Assembly: GCA_963792855.1 (NCBI GenBank)
Contig: CAWBXZ010000001.1
Location: 65,109 to 129,108 of the forward strand
Length of the DNA: 64,000 nucleotides
Direction of reading: 5' to 3'
From: an uncultured beta proteobacterium
GTDB taxonomy: Bacteria > Pseudomonadota > Gammaproteobacteria > Burkholderiales > Eutrophovitaceae
Below are positions 1 to 8,883 of this stretch, piece after piece (the first letter of the stretch is position 1; every line of letters starts with the position of its first letter). The notes beneath the pieces are model-generated. The model did not search any database. It worked only from the letters and a program-made list of their open reading frames with translations, and was not told where the DNA came from. Position numbers and translations under genes: made by a program.

Positions 1-892
1 CGCTGCCCAACGGGCCCGAGCCGGTGACGAAGTCACCAAGAATCGCTTGCTGCAGCGTCTCGCGGTTGTCATGGATCAGGCTGCTGTTCAGGCGCACTGT
101 GCGGTCGATGTTCCCGACCTGCTCATGGAAGCCATCGGTCAACAGGAGGAAGTTGCCGTAGCGGGCGCCGAACTCGGCCGACAGGGTGCGGCCTCCGAAT
201 TCACCATCGTCGTCGCTGTAAGCGTAATTCAGGAACGCACTCGTATCGTCGGGATACTCGACTATCGCCTGCGAGCGACGCCGCCGTGCGTCCACGAACT
301 GGGTTGCAAGGATTGACGGATCGACCGCAATGTCGATATGGACGCTGCGTTCGTCGAATGCGTAAGTCGCCTCCTGCATGGTGGACAGCAGGACAAAGGT
401 TTCACCGTTCAGCGATACGCGGTTACCAACGGGATGGTCGATGCCAATCGAAACGAGATCTTCTTGCCGAACGGCGAAATCGCCGTCGGCATAGCTCGCC
501 ACCAGAAAGGTGCCCTTTGGTTCCCCGTTGATGGCAATCGAGGCGAAGAACTCCATTTCCGGTTCTGCCGGCAACGCGGGATCGGAAGCGGGCACGAACG
601 GATCAACGTCAGCCGCACTCTGCGCGGCAGCGGAGGGCGGCTCGGCAGGACCGAGCGTGGAAGGTCCGGACGCGGGTGAACTGGCCGCGGCCGGTTCGCC
701 CGTCGGCGGGTTGTCCGCCGGTGGCTGATCTGCGGGTACTTCATCCACTGCGCGACTTGCATCGGGCAAGAGCAACGCGCAGGCGATCCCGAGGACGGCC
801 GCGGCGAAGAATCGCCTAGCGGGCGTTGTCAGCTGCCGGGTTTTCGGACTCCGTGCGATTGCAGGAATTTCTGTCCACTTCCTTCTTGGCAT
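1..892 (-). CDS. Fimbrial outer-membrane usher (PapC/CsuD-like), N-terminal part; gene runs off the left window edge
   Basis: The ORF is open at the window edge, so it is absent from the track. My minus-strand translation from the ATG (complement of 890-892) reads MPRRKWTEIPAIARSPKTRQLTTPARRFFAAAVLGIACALLLPDASRA...MEFFASIAINGEPKGTFLVASYADGDFAVRQEDLVSIGI...SAFLNYAYSDDDGEFGGRTLSAEFGARYGNFLLLTDGF, with no stop down to base 1. It has a signal peptide and an usher-like N-terminal domain. It lies directly after the chaperone, as in csuC-csuD. Confidence 0.6.
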   Translation of the reverse strand, partial: MPRRKWTEIPAIARSPKTRQLTTPARRFFAAAVLGIACALLLPDASRAVDEVPADQPPADNPPTGEPAAASSPASGPSTLGPAEPPSAAAQSAADVDPFVPASDPALPAEPEMEFFASIAINGEPKGTFLVASYADGDFAVRQEDLVSIGIDHPVGNRVSLNGETFVLLSTMQEATYAFDERSVHIDIAVDPSILATQFVDARRRRSQAIVEYPDDTSAFLNYAYSDDDGEFGGRTLSAEFGARYGNFLLLTDGFHEQVGNIDRTVRLNSSLIHDNRETLQQAILGDFVTGSGPLGS

Positions 893-1629
893 TGGTGCTC
901 AGTTTGTCGGTGCGCACGCTGTAAGCGACGACCGCCACCGCCTGGCACTCGTCCACAGTCATTTCCTGCGTGTAGGATTTGGTGGTGCCGGGAAGCAGGT
1001 ATCGCTCCGGGATCGATTCGCGGTAGACCTCGGTGCCGCTGGCGTCGAAGCCGACTATGGTCATTTCATCGACGAAAAGGTGCACGTTGCCGTTGTTCGT
1101 CGACGGTCGCGTTTACGCGGCCATCGGCGAGATCGAGCCGTGCAATGCCCAGCGCCGGTGCTGGATCGATGGGGGCAAAGAACACCGGTGCCCCGAAATT
1201 GATCAGGAATCCGACGTTGGCGGCGCCACGGTTTGCGTCGTCCGACTTGTTCGTCTGCGGCAGTTCAGTGATGTATACCCGGTAGGTTTTCTCGGTCGCG
1301 CCCGGCGGGATTTTCATGCCGATGCGAATGTCGCGCGCCTCGCCCCCCTTGAGTGTCATCAGCCTTGGAAATACCAGCACCTCCTCCGTGTCGGAATATA
1401 TGTCCTCGCCCGAAACATCCTGGGTCCAGCCCTTGGGACGGATTTCGAACTGCAGTGGCACGGTGCCGTTGTTTCTGACCGTCACGACTTCTGCCTTTCG
1501 GTCCTTGTCGAGAAATATCCTGATAGGGGAGACGGAGAAATCTCCCGGCAGTGCGGAAACTGACAGGCCGGTCATGAGGCAGCCCAGCAAAACCGCCAGC
1601 GCGTGTTGCGGCAAACGCATTACTGTCAT
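816..1629 (-). pseudogene. Csu/PapD-like periplasmic pilus chaperone, reading frame broken by one surplus base near 1098
   Basis: Track ORFs 1066..1629 and 816..1085 are one gene in two frames. ORF 1066..1629 carries the signal peptide and N-domain (FSVSPIRIFLDKDRKAEVVTVRNNGTVPLQFEI...YRVYITELP). ORF 816..1085 carries the C-domain (HLFVDEMTIVGFDASG...). Removing one base in coding-strand gtcgac-g-aacaacggc gives ...GRVNATVDNNGNVHLFVDE..., a typical chaperone of about 270 aa. Confidence 0.75.
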
Positions 1630-1651
1630 CTTTAGCGTCTCATCGTTGGGT

Positions 1652-2107
1652 TCAAGGCAAGACCGTCACGGTCAGCGTGTCTTCGTAGGCGCCGACCCAT
1701 GCGTCACGGTAGTCCGCTTCGGACACCGTGATTGTTATGTCGATCTGCCTCTGTCTGAGGCCGGTAGTCACCCGGTAAGGCAGGTAGGCAGTGGTTACGG
1801 TCAGATTTCGCATGCGATGCAATCCCGGGCCGGTATCGTTTACCCCGGCGAGCGAAAACACCGGCTGATCACCTTGCGTGCATTGGAACCGAAGCCTGAT
1901 CGTGGCGACGACATTGCCTGTTTGCGCCGGGGAAATTGCTCCCAGCGGTACATCGTTGTTCAAGGGCGGCCGGAAGTCGCAGGCCGCGTGGACGGGCCCA
2001 GTCGAGATCGTCATTGCCATAAGAAAAAGGCCGCAAACAATCGCGGCCTTTTTCGGCGTTTGAACTGCCGTGCCGGGCACGAACTTGCGTGTACGCCGAC
2101 CGGTCAA
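1652..2107 (-). CDS. Spore-coat-U (SCPU) domain fimbrial subunit (CsuA/CsuB-like)
   Basis: 151-aa ORF with a signal peptide (...LFLMAMTISTGPVHA). Its C-terminus, AYEDTLTVTVLP, is shared with the neighbouring subunit (AYEDTVTLTITP). The start is TTG at 2107 or GTG at 2080. It lies between the major subunit and the chaperone. Confidence 0.7.
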   Translation of the reverse strand: MTGRRTRKFVPGTAVQTPKKAAIVCGLFLMAMTISTGPVHAACDFRPPLNNDVPLGAISPAQTGNVVATIRLRFQCTQGDQPVFSLAGVNDTGPGLHRMRNLTVTTAYLPYRVTTGLRQRQIDITITVSEADYRDAWVGAYEDTLTVTVLP

Positions 2108-2601
2108 GGGGTAATGGTCAGCGTTACAGTGTCCTCATACGCGCCTGCCGATGCGTCGACGTAGTCGGCGTCGAGTATGTCGCCGTCGAAGTCGACATCA
2201 ATCGGGCTGTTCTTGCCAGCGCCGACTGCTGCGTTGAAGCTGATGACCAGTGAGTACGGAATGAGATCGGTGCCGTTGGAGAGGCAGCGCGTTCCTGTGC
2301 AACCCACCGTGTTCGCGCCATTGTCGGCACTGATGTTCGTGGCGACCTCGCCTTTCGTGCACCAGTATTGCAGGCTGGCCGTTGGCGCCGAGACGTCGCC
2401 GCCAGTCGCCTGGTCCAGAGCGCCGAAATCCATGGTTGTGTTTCCGGCGGCATTGTTGGCGGCGCTGAAATTACAGGTCCCGGTAATGTTTGCGGTGACC
2501 TTGAGCGTGTTGGTGTTTCCGGCAAGCGCGTTGCCGGATACCAGCATTGCAAAACCGGTTATGGCCGCCAGGACTGCCATTTTGTGATTGTGAAGTTTCA
2601 T
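2104..2601 (-). CDS. SCPU-domain major fimbrial subunit (CsuA/B-like)
   Basis: 165-aa ORF. Signal peptide MKLHNHKMAVLAAITGFAMLVSGNALA. It has Cys pairs and a C-terminal GAYEDTVTLTITP typical of spore-coat-U/Csu pilins. An AAGGGAG SD precedes the ATG. Confidence 0.75.
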   Translation of the reverse strand: MKLHNHKMAVLAAITGFAMLVSGNALAGNTNTLKVTANITGTCNFSAANNAAGNTTMDFGALDQATGGDVSAPTASLQYWCTKGEVATNISADNGANTVGCTGTRCLSNGTDLIPYSLVISFNAAVGAGKNSPIDVDFDGDILDADYVDASAGAYEDTVTLTITP

Positions 2602-2935
2602 TTTCTCGTCAGACTCCCTTTTTACGTTGGTCAGTGGAGGTCAGGCATCGGCGGGCAATGCTGTTGACCTTCTCTGGGGAACCTGTGTCGCAATGGATGT
2701 GCCAGCTTGCACGCATAGCCTGCGCGGTTCGGGGGAAGTGGAGACCGTCTCTTGTAACCGTCTGTTTTATGTAAGGTTTTTCGGGTCTGTTGGCGAGGGC
2801 GGGCCCACGCCGGGTGGCGAGGCTACATTTATCGGCAACATTGGCATGCGGTAGGGGCATTCGCACCAATGCGATTGTCCTGTTGGGCGAAAAGCATCTC
2901 CCGCCAGAGACGCAAATCGTACCGCCGATTGCCGG

Positions 2936-3268
2936 CTATGCGCCGGTCAATTCATCGGTGCTGGTCGTGATTTTCCCCGCCAGATTGTCGACGACGATCG
3001 GTGTTTCGAAGAACTGACTGGTCGGCTCGGCGCCGTAGAGTTTTCTTACGCGGGCGCGGAACTCCTCGCCGTGCCACTTCTCCGCATGCGCCTTTTCGCG
3101 CCACAAGTAGACGCCGCCGGCGATGTTGTTGCTGGCGTCGAACAGATAGTTCTTTCGAATCAGGTCGGGGTTCTGGCCCCACACCGACGCGGTCTTCTCG
3201 AAAGCGGCCAGGACATCCTCCCGCTTGCTTCCGTCCGGGAGCTTGAAAGTGACGATTTCGGTAATCAT
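2936..3268 (-). CDS. YdhR-like small alpha-beta barrel protein (putative monooxygenase family)
   Basis: Internal start MITEIVTFKLPDG... at 3268, preceded by AGGAAGG. The segment ...NIAGGVYLWREKAHAEKWHGEEF... resembles the YdhR family. The upstream part of track ORF 2936..3379 is Arg/Trp-rich junk. Confidence 0.55.
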   Translation of the reverse strand: MITEIVTFKLPDGSKREDVLAAFEKTASVWGQNPDLIRKNYLFDASNNIAGGVYLWREKAHAEKWHGEEFRARVRKLYGAEPTSQFFETPIVVDNLAGKITTSTDELTGA

Positions 3269-3475
3269 GAATGGATTCCTTCCTGGAATAAATGTCCGGC
3301 GGGTTTGCACGATTCGTTTTCCGGATTCTGGCGGACTCTGAAGATCAAGCCGCGACCAGCGCCAGTTCCGGACCAGCACCCATTGTAGACACTGCGCAAG
3401 CGGTGCGACAACGGGCGAAGTCCGACGCTACCGTGCCTGCCCCTCAAGGAAAATACACCCTCCGTGCGTCCGGAT

Positions 3476-4168
3476 TCACGGAAATCTGTACACAATTTCT
3501 CCGGAGGCCGTGTTGATATCGTAGCCGGTCTCTCCAACCTGGGAATGAGACCCCATGAACCGGTACAGTATGCGATCTTTCAGTCCGGCGTCCCATTCGA
3601 ACCCCAGCGCGAAAGTGGCGTCACTGCCCGACTCGGAAACGGTTGTGGTCGCGCTTGTTTCCACAAACGTTTCCGTGGACTCCCACCATAGCCAGCCAAC
3701 GTAACCGAGGGCGTACCAGCGGTCCGTAATGGGCCAGCGCCCCAGTACGCCCAGTTGCCAGCCGTCGGATTCATGAAGCGCGCTGACCTGACCGGCTTCC
3801 CAGGAAGGTCCGCCCGACGAGGTGCCGGCAAAAGTCGATTCTCCGAAATCTGTATAGCCGCCCTCAACGGCGAAGTACTCGTTCACCTGATAGCCGGCAA
3901 AGAAGCTGTAGACGCTGTCGCTCGTGTCGTCGGAAATGCCGGTAACCGACCCATCCTGGTTCGAGTCCGGATAATCGTTGTTGCCCAAACCAACGCTTAT
4001 TCCGCCGTACAGGTTTTTGGCGGCACTGTTGCTTGGCACAAACAAGCCTGCCGTATTGTCGCGGTCGTCAGCCGCGGCGGCAGTGGAAAGGCATGCCAGC
4101 CAGAGCACTGTCAGTAGCCATGCCGTTGGCTTTCCGGGGTGTGGTGCGTTTCTCGTTGCGTATCCCAT
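3476..4168 (-). CDS. Outer-membrane beta-barrel protein (OmpA-like/OmpW-like porin family)
   Basis: 230 aa. It has a signal peptide (...LACLSTAAAADD), alternating aromatic/Gly beta-strand pattern and an aromatic-rich C-terminal strand, EIVYRFP. Confidence 0.65.
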   Translation of the reverse strand: MGYATRNAPHPGKPTAWLLTVLWLACLSTAAAADDRDNTAGLFVPSNSAAKNLYGGISVGLGNNDYPDSNQDGSVTGISDDTSDSVYSFFAGYQVNEYFAVEGGYTDFGESTFAGTSSGGPSWEAGQVSALHESDGWQLGVLGRWPITDRWYALGYVGWLWWESTETFVETSATTTVSESGSDATFALGFEWDAGLKDRILYRFMGSHSQVGETGYDINTASGEIVYRFP

Positions 4169-4752
4169 GGCGTGATCCTCCGGTAGGTTGAATCAGGATT
4201 GAAACGTCAAACGGTTAGCAAGGGCATTTGCCTCCAACGCACCTTGCGTTCGATGCGATTTTGCTGCAATGGCGCTTTCTGTCGACGTCATCATGTCTGG
4301 ATACGAAGCCAGGTGAAACCTTTCTTTCACGCTATGACGATCGCATCGACACTGGATGACGACCGATTTTTAACGCAACTGCCACTGCCTGGCAACCGGA
4401 AGCAGATAGAAAGTCGGCGGGTTGCGTTCACCGGCTGGCAGCGCCACAGGCGGGACGCGGTCTGACTATGGAGTGACTGTCCAGTGTTGTAGCGGGATGG
4501 GGAAGTTTCGTAGTGCGGTTGCTTGCGCAGCAGCGTGTTTCCGGCGGAATTCAACAGGAACGATTATCGGGCCACCAGGATGTCAGTTCGGCTGATGCCC
4601 TTCTGGCACCAGTGTGCAAAACAGGGCAAGGTCCTTGCGGAAGATGCAAAAAAAGTGCGCCGACCGGGACGAGGGGTGGGGCGGATCGCGGCTCTGAAAA
4701 TCGCGTAACCCGGCCCAGGCATCCCGGCCGGCGCTCCCGGTGAAGTTCGGGG

Positions 4753-5049
4753 CTAGCGAGGTCGGCTGGAGTGCGCTCTTATCGCGTCGGCGGCCCGCGC
4801 TGCGAGGCTGGTGGCTTTTTGGGTCAGGCCCTTGAGTGCGCTTCCTCCGCTTTGCCAGGCGCGGCTCACCATCTCGCCGGAACCGACCAGTGCCGTGCAC
4901 GGTTCGTCGTCGACATGGCCGCAACGGTGGCAGCGTCCAAGGTGAAAGATTGACCGGGTTTCCTGAATGCGAACGTCTTCGGCCAGGCAGTCCGAGCAAA
5001 GTGTCGCGAAGTGGGATTGCCCGCAATGCGGGCACTTGTATGCTTTCAT
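4753..5049 (-). CDS. Small zinc-ribbon protein, function unknown
   Basis: MKAYKCPHCGQSHFATLCSDCLAED...GRCHRCGH contains three CxxC pairs. A strong SD (GGGAGGAAG) lies just upstream of the ATG at 5049. Confidence 0.5.
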   Translation of the reverse strand: MKAYKCPHCGQSHFATLCSDCLAEDVRIQETRSIFHLGRCHRCGHVDDEPCTALVGSGEMVSRAWQSGGSALKGLTQKATSLAARAADAIRAHSSRPR

Positions 5050-5788
5050 GACTTCCTCCCTGTAGCCTTGATGCAATCAGACCGTGGTTTTCATCTTGAG
5101 TGCGAAATTGCGATCTGCCTGAAACACTAAACCTCTTTCTCCCGGCCAGTCAACGCCTTGGCGTGTTGCCGTGGCGCTCCGACCGGTACCGGAGCTTGCG
5201 CTTTGGCACAAACATGCCTCTCCCTTAAGAACTTACGACGCGTTGTTTGCGAAGTGAGTGAGGTACGCCCGCCCGGCGCTTCTGTGGAGTAAAAATGCCG
5301 CCCGGCATTCGGAAAGCTGTAAGCACTTCGGGCGTGAGTTTAATAATCGCAAGCCGGCCGTGCTGCGCAGTGGCGCTGCAAATTGCCTGAACAACAGCAT
5401 GGGACGCAAAGAAGCTTTGGAAGGGCTCATGATTGGGCGATCGCGCAGTCTTGTTGTTGGCCGCGTTGGTGCTGGTGCGGTCGTCGTTTCATGGCCGGAC
5501 ATCGCACCGTTGTGCGGCAGGAAAACAGTGATTTGGGTCAATGACCGGTTATTGATCCGCCGATGCGATCGTGCGCCGGCGCGCAGCGGCGGGAGCGCTG
5601 CGAACGCCAGCCTGTTTCCCGAACGGCGCAACATCGCAGCGTCAAGGCCGTAACAATCCGAACACGACCCTGTAGTAATATTTGCCGCTTGACGCCAGAA
5701 GTGCCATCAATTCGGCGCGTGATTGAATTGCGTGCCGCGTCCGCGCACTCCGATTGGCGCCCGTTCATCAACTCAAGTAGCTGTCAGC

Positions 5789-6250
5789 ATGGCTGTATCG
5801 AAAACCCGTCCCGCATTCCTTATCCGATTCTCCCCTACACATGGTCGCGGCGCCTTTGCCACGCGAATGATTCGCAAGGGCACACGCATTGTCGAGTACC
5901 AGGGCAAGCGCACGAGCTGGAAGAAGGCCAGTCGCAGGCCGCCGAGCGACCCGAACGATCCGTACCACACGTTTATCTTCTCGCTGGACAATGGCAAAGT
6001 GATCGACGCAAGCATTGATGGAAACGTCGCGCGCTGGATCAATCACAGTTGCGATCCCAACTGTGAGGCCTTTGAAGAAGAAGACGGCCGGGTGTTCATC
6101 TATGCCAAGCGCACCATCCGCAAAGGCGACGAACTGAATTACGATTACCAGCTGCAGGTCGACGGTAAAGTCGGTAAGAAGCTCCGCAAGGCCTATGCTT
6201 GTCACTGTGGGGCCGGGAACTGCCGTGGCACCATGCTGTGTCTGGATTGA
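5789..6250 (+). CDS. SET-domain protein (putative protein-lysine N-methyltransferase)
   Basis: SET hallmarks are visible: GRGAFATRMIRKGTRIVEYQG, ARWINHSCDPNCEA, ELNYDY, and the post-SET CHCGAGNCRG. I prefer the start at MAVSKTRPAF (5789) over the track start at 5723. Confidence 0.85.
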   Translation: MAVSKTRPAFLIRFSPTHGRGAFATRMIRKGTRIVEYQGKRTSWKKASRRPPSDPNDPYHTFIFSLDNGKVIDASIDGNVARWINHSCDPNCEAFEEEDGRVFIYAKRTIRKGDELNYDYQLQVDGKVGKKLRKAYACHCGAGNCRGTMLCLD

Positions 6251-6331
6251 AAGCGCGTTGGCGCCCGAAGGTTCCCGTCGCGGGCAGCCAGTGTTGCGCG
6301 GCGCGATGGGATTGGGCGTCGCCAGCGTCGT

Positions 6332-7801
6332 TTATTGGCGGTCCAGTCGCATGAATTGCAGCGTGCGCGATTGCAGGTAGTCGAAGAACGGATTCCAGCG
6401 CAGCCGCAAGAGATCGTCCCCCGAAAGCCGCAACACGCCGCGCTCTCCCCTGAACGCCAGATTGCCCAATGCGATACCCGGACTTGCAGTGGCCGCAGGT
6501 CCGCCGTAGAGGGGATCATCGGGCGCAAAGGGCAGGGCAACATGGGACAGAGAATAGACATCCTCCGGCCATTCATTGACAGATAAAGGCGGTGCAGGGG
6601 CGGGCTTGCCGTCCGACCAGCTCCTGGCGACAACGCGCCGGCTGTCTTCGCTTTCGTTGGTCACTACCGTCAGCTTGTAACTGCGCGCGCGGCTTCGTAG
6701 CAATGGCCCGAATACGGTCTTCGGGTCATGCCTTAGCAAGGCCTTGTCGATTTGCGAGCGATTGATGTCGAAGAGCACGAGTTCGTGATCAGAGGAGGGC
6801 AGGCGGTCAAAAAGATTTTCCACCAATGCCTGCGGTGTTACGGTGGCGTCAGCACCTGACTGAAAGGCGAGGATGGGCGGCAGCCTGTCAAGCTTGCCTT
6901 TCGCGCCTTGCATCGCGGTGAGCTGGCCCTGTATGTGGGCGGTGATGCGGTAAGCGAGATCGCCGGCATTGACAGGGAACGAGCCGTACTTGAACGGGTC
7001 GTACTCGGGAAGTACCGCATTCCAGGCGAGCTTCTCGAGCCCGAGCAAGTGCCCGAGACGCGCCTGCCAGACGGCCAGTGCGGCAATGCCGCTGACGCCG
7101 ATTTCCGGTGACAGCAGGACGATGCCGGATGGTTTCGGCAGAGACGTGTCGTCCAGTGCCGAAAGGGCATACTCAACGGATAGTGCACCGCCATTGGAAT
7201 AGCCGACGAGATAAAACGGCTTGTCACCCGCCGTCTTCGCTGTGTGCCGGGCGGCCAGGCGCACGGCAGCGGCCATGTCCTGCCAGCGTGTTTCCACCAG
7301 CCCCGAGGGTGCGGTGCCGTGCCCCGGGATGCGTAATCCCAGTACTGTGGCCCCGGCCTGGTGCAGGCGCTCTCCCAATGCGCGCATGCTGTAAGGGGAA
7401 TCTGATAGTCCATGCAGCAGCAGTACAGCCGCTGATGGATTGTCATGATGCAAAATGAACGTCCGGTTCCAGTTAACCGGCCAGCGCCCGGGGTCGGACA
7501 GGCTGCCCCGACTGTAGCGGTTAACCGAGCTGCCGGTCGTTTGCGCAACTCTGGCATAGACCAGTGCGTCCAGTTGCGAAAAGAGCCGGTTCTCCAGTTC
7601 AAGATACTGGTTGAAATCGGAAAGCCCGGAGCGGGCCGTGAATTCGTTGTCGAGGTCGGCGTGGTGCCAAATCGAAAGGTCCGGCCGGCTCTCGAGCGCA
7701 TAAACGTATACGGCGAGAAGTGCGATGAATCCGCCGACGAGTCCGTAGCCGAGCATGCGCAACAGTATGCGCGTTGCATGTGAAAGAGCCTTCAGGTACA
7801 T
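6332..7801 (-). CDS. Membrane-anchored alpha/beta hydrolase (lysophospholipase/S33-like)
   Basis: It has an N-terminal TM helix (GYGLVGGFIALLAVYVYAL), LLLHGLSDSPYSM, and the nucleophile elbow GYSNGG. The start is MYLKALSH at 7801, with 7837 as an alternative. Confidence 0.7.
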   Translation of the reverse strand: MYLKALSHATRILLRMLGYGLVGGFIALLAVYVYALESRPDLSIWHHADLDNEFTARSGLSDFNQYLELENRLFSQLDALVYARVAQTTGSSVNRYSRGSLSDPGRWPVNWNRTFILHHDNPSAAVLLLHGLSDSPYSMRALGERLHQAGATVLGLRIPGHGTAPSGLVETRWQDMAAAVRLAARHTAKTAGDKPFYLVGYSNGGALSVEYALSALDDTSLPKPSGIVLLSPEIGVSGIAALAVWQARLGHLLGLEKLAWNAVLPEYDPFKYGSFPVNAGDLAYRITAHIQGQLTAMQGAKGKLDRLPPILAFQSGADATVTPQALVENLFDRLPSSDHELVLFDINRSQIDKALLRHDPKTVFGPLLRSRARSYKLTVVTNESEDSRRVVARSWSDGKPAPAPPLSVNEWPEDVYSLSHVALPFAPDDPLYGGPAATASPGIALGNLAFRGERGVLRLSGDDLLRLRWNPFFDYLQSRTLQFMRLDRQ

Positions 7802-7826
7802 GGCGCGCAATTTTACGTGAGAGCTT

Positions 7827-7869
7827 AGTATGATCACACCAGTATCATCACACCAGTATGATCACACCG
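7827..7869. repeat. Three tandem copies of a 14-bp unit (AGTATGATCACACC / AGTATCATCACACC / AGTATGATCACACC)
   Basis: Read directly at 7827-7840, 7841-7854 and 7855-7868. The middle copy differs by one base. Units 1 and 3 contain TGATCA (GATC). The repeat lies in the divergent spacer between the hydrolase and the nuclease gene. Confidence 0.9.
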
Positions 7870-8008
7870 CATCGGAACCGGCGCCGGAGTGCAGCAGTCC
7901 GCTCGCAAATGGTGCCCGCGCGTCGCGGGTACTTGACACGAAATGGCTTTTGCCCTGACAACGGGCCATTGCCGCGCTGGCCTGGCCATCACCAGTGATC
8001 GAGTCGAA

Positions 8009-8602
8009 ATGGCAGTGAGCAATTTCAAGGCAGCCGGGTGTCGTGGACGGTGTTTGCCCGATGGCTTCTCTGCCATTCGCGTGGCACTTGCCCTTGTGCT
8101 GACATGGCAGGCTCTGTCCGCGCACGCACTGCAGGATTTTCCTGGCCGGGTCGTGCGCGTTACCGACGGTGACACGATCGTGGTCGAGGACAGCGGCCGA
8201 CGCCCTCACAAGGTTCGCATCGTCAGCATCGATGCGCCGGAGAAGGGCCGGCGAGGCCGTCCCGGTCAACCCTACGCCGAACGCGCGCGCCAGCACCTCG
8301 CACTGCTTGTCGACAGAAAATTTGTGCGCCTGTCACCACACGGCCGGGACGATTACGGGCGCATCCTGGCACGGGTCCGGGTTGGAGCGGAATACGAAGT
8401 GGATGTGGGTCTGGCGCAGGTGTGCGCTGGATACGCCTGGTTATACGAGATGTTCGCGCGCACATTGTCACCATCCGAGCAACACGCTTATCGGGCATGT
8501 CAGTCAGAAGCCAGGAATGAAAAGCGTGGCCTGTGGCAAGCGGCCGACCCCATGCCGCCCTGGGTGTGGCGCCATGCCCCTGAGGGTGCCGTCGCTCGCT
8601 GA
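8009..8602 (+). CDS. Thermonuclease (staphylococcal nuclease/SNase) family secreted nuclease
   Basis: VVRVTDGDTIVVED...KVRIVSIDAPEKG...DDYGRILARV...NEKRGLW are classic SNase motifs. It has a signal-like N-terminus (VALALVLTWQALSAHA). The start is 8009 or 7943. Confidence 0.8.
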   Translation: MAVSNFKAAGCRGRCLPDGFSAIRVALALVLTWQALSAHALQDFPGRVVRVTDGDTIVVEDSGRRPHKVRIVSIDAPEKGRRGRPGQPYAERARQHLALLVDRKFVRLSPHGRDDYGRILARVRVGAEYEVDVGLAQVCAGYAWLYEMFARTLSPSEQHAYRACQSEARNEKRGLWQAADPMPPWVWRHAPEGAVAR

Positions 8603-8724
8603 ATGCGGCCTTTGCCCTCTTGCTGCGGGGCGGTGACATGGCTGCAGAATCGACACGGCGGTTTGGCGGCTGGCATTGTTCCGTCGATTTTTGGCACGTG
8701 AATCCTGTTACGCTTCACGAGACC

Positions 8725-8883
8725 ATGCGCAAGAAGTCTGATCTTCCAGGCAAGAACTGCGATCACTGCGAGCGCGCGTTCACGTATCGCAGGAAATGGC
8801 ATCGTTGCTGGGAGCAAGTGCGGTTCTGTTCCGAACGTTGCCGGCGTGCGTCGAAATCTGCGCGTCGGGCAAAGCCGGCATGA
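8725..8883 (+). CDS. DUF2256 small zinc-binding protein
   Basis: MRKKSDLPGKNCDHCERAFTYRRKWHRCWEQVRFCSERCRR is the typical ~50-aa DUF2256 pattern. Its stop overlaps the next start (ATGA at 8880-8883). Confidence 0.7.
   Translation: MRKKSDLPGKNCDHCERAFTYRRKWHRCWEQVRFCSERCRRASKSARRAKPA

Noticed and set aside
5233-5653. ORFs 5233..5634(-) and 5258..5653(+) as genes filling the 739-bp gap
   Set aside because: They mutually overlap on opposite strands. Their composition is Arg/Ser/Pro/Ala-rich, with no SD and no motifs. The region is treated as non-coding or unknown.
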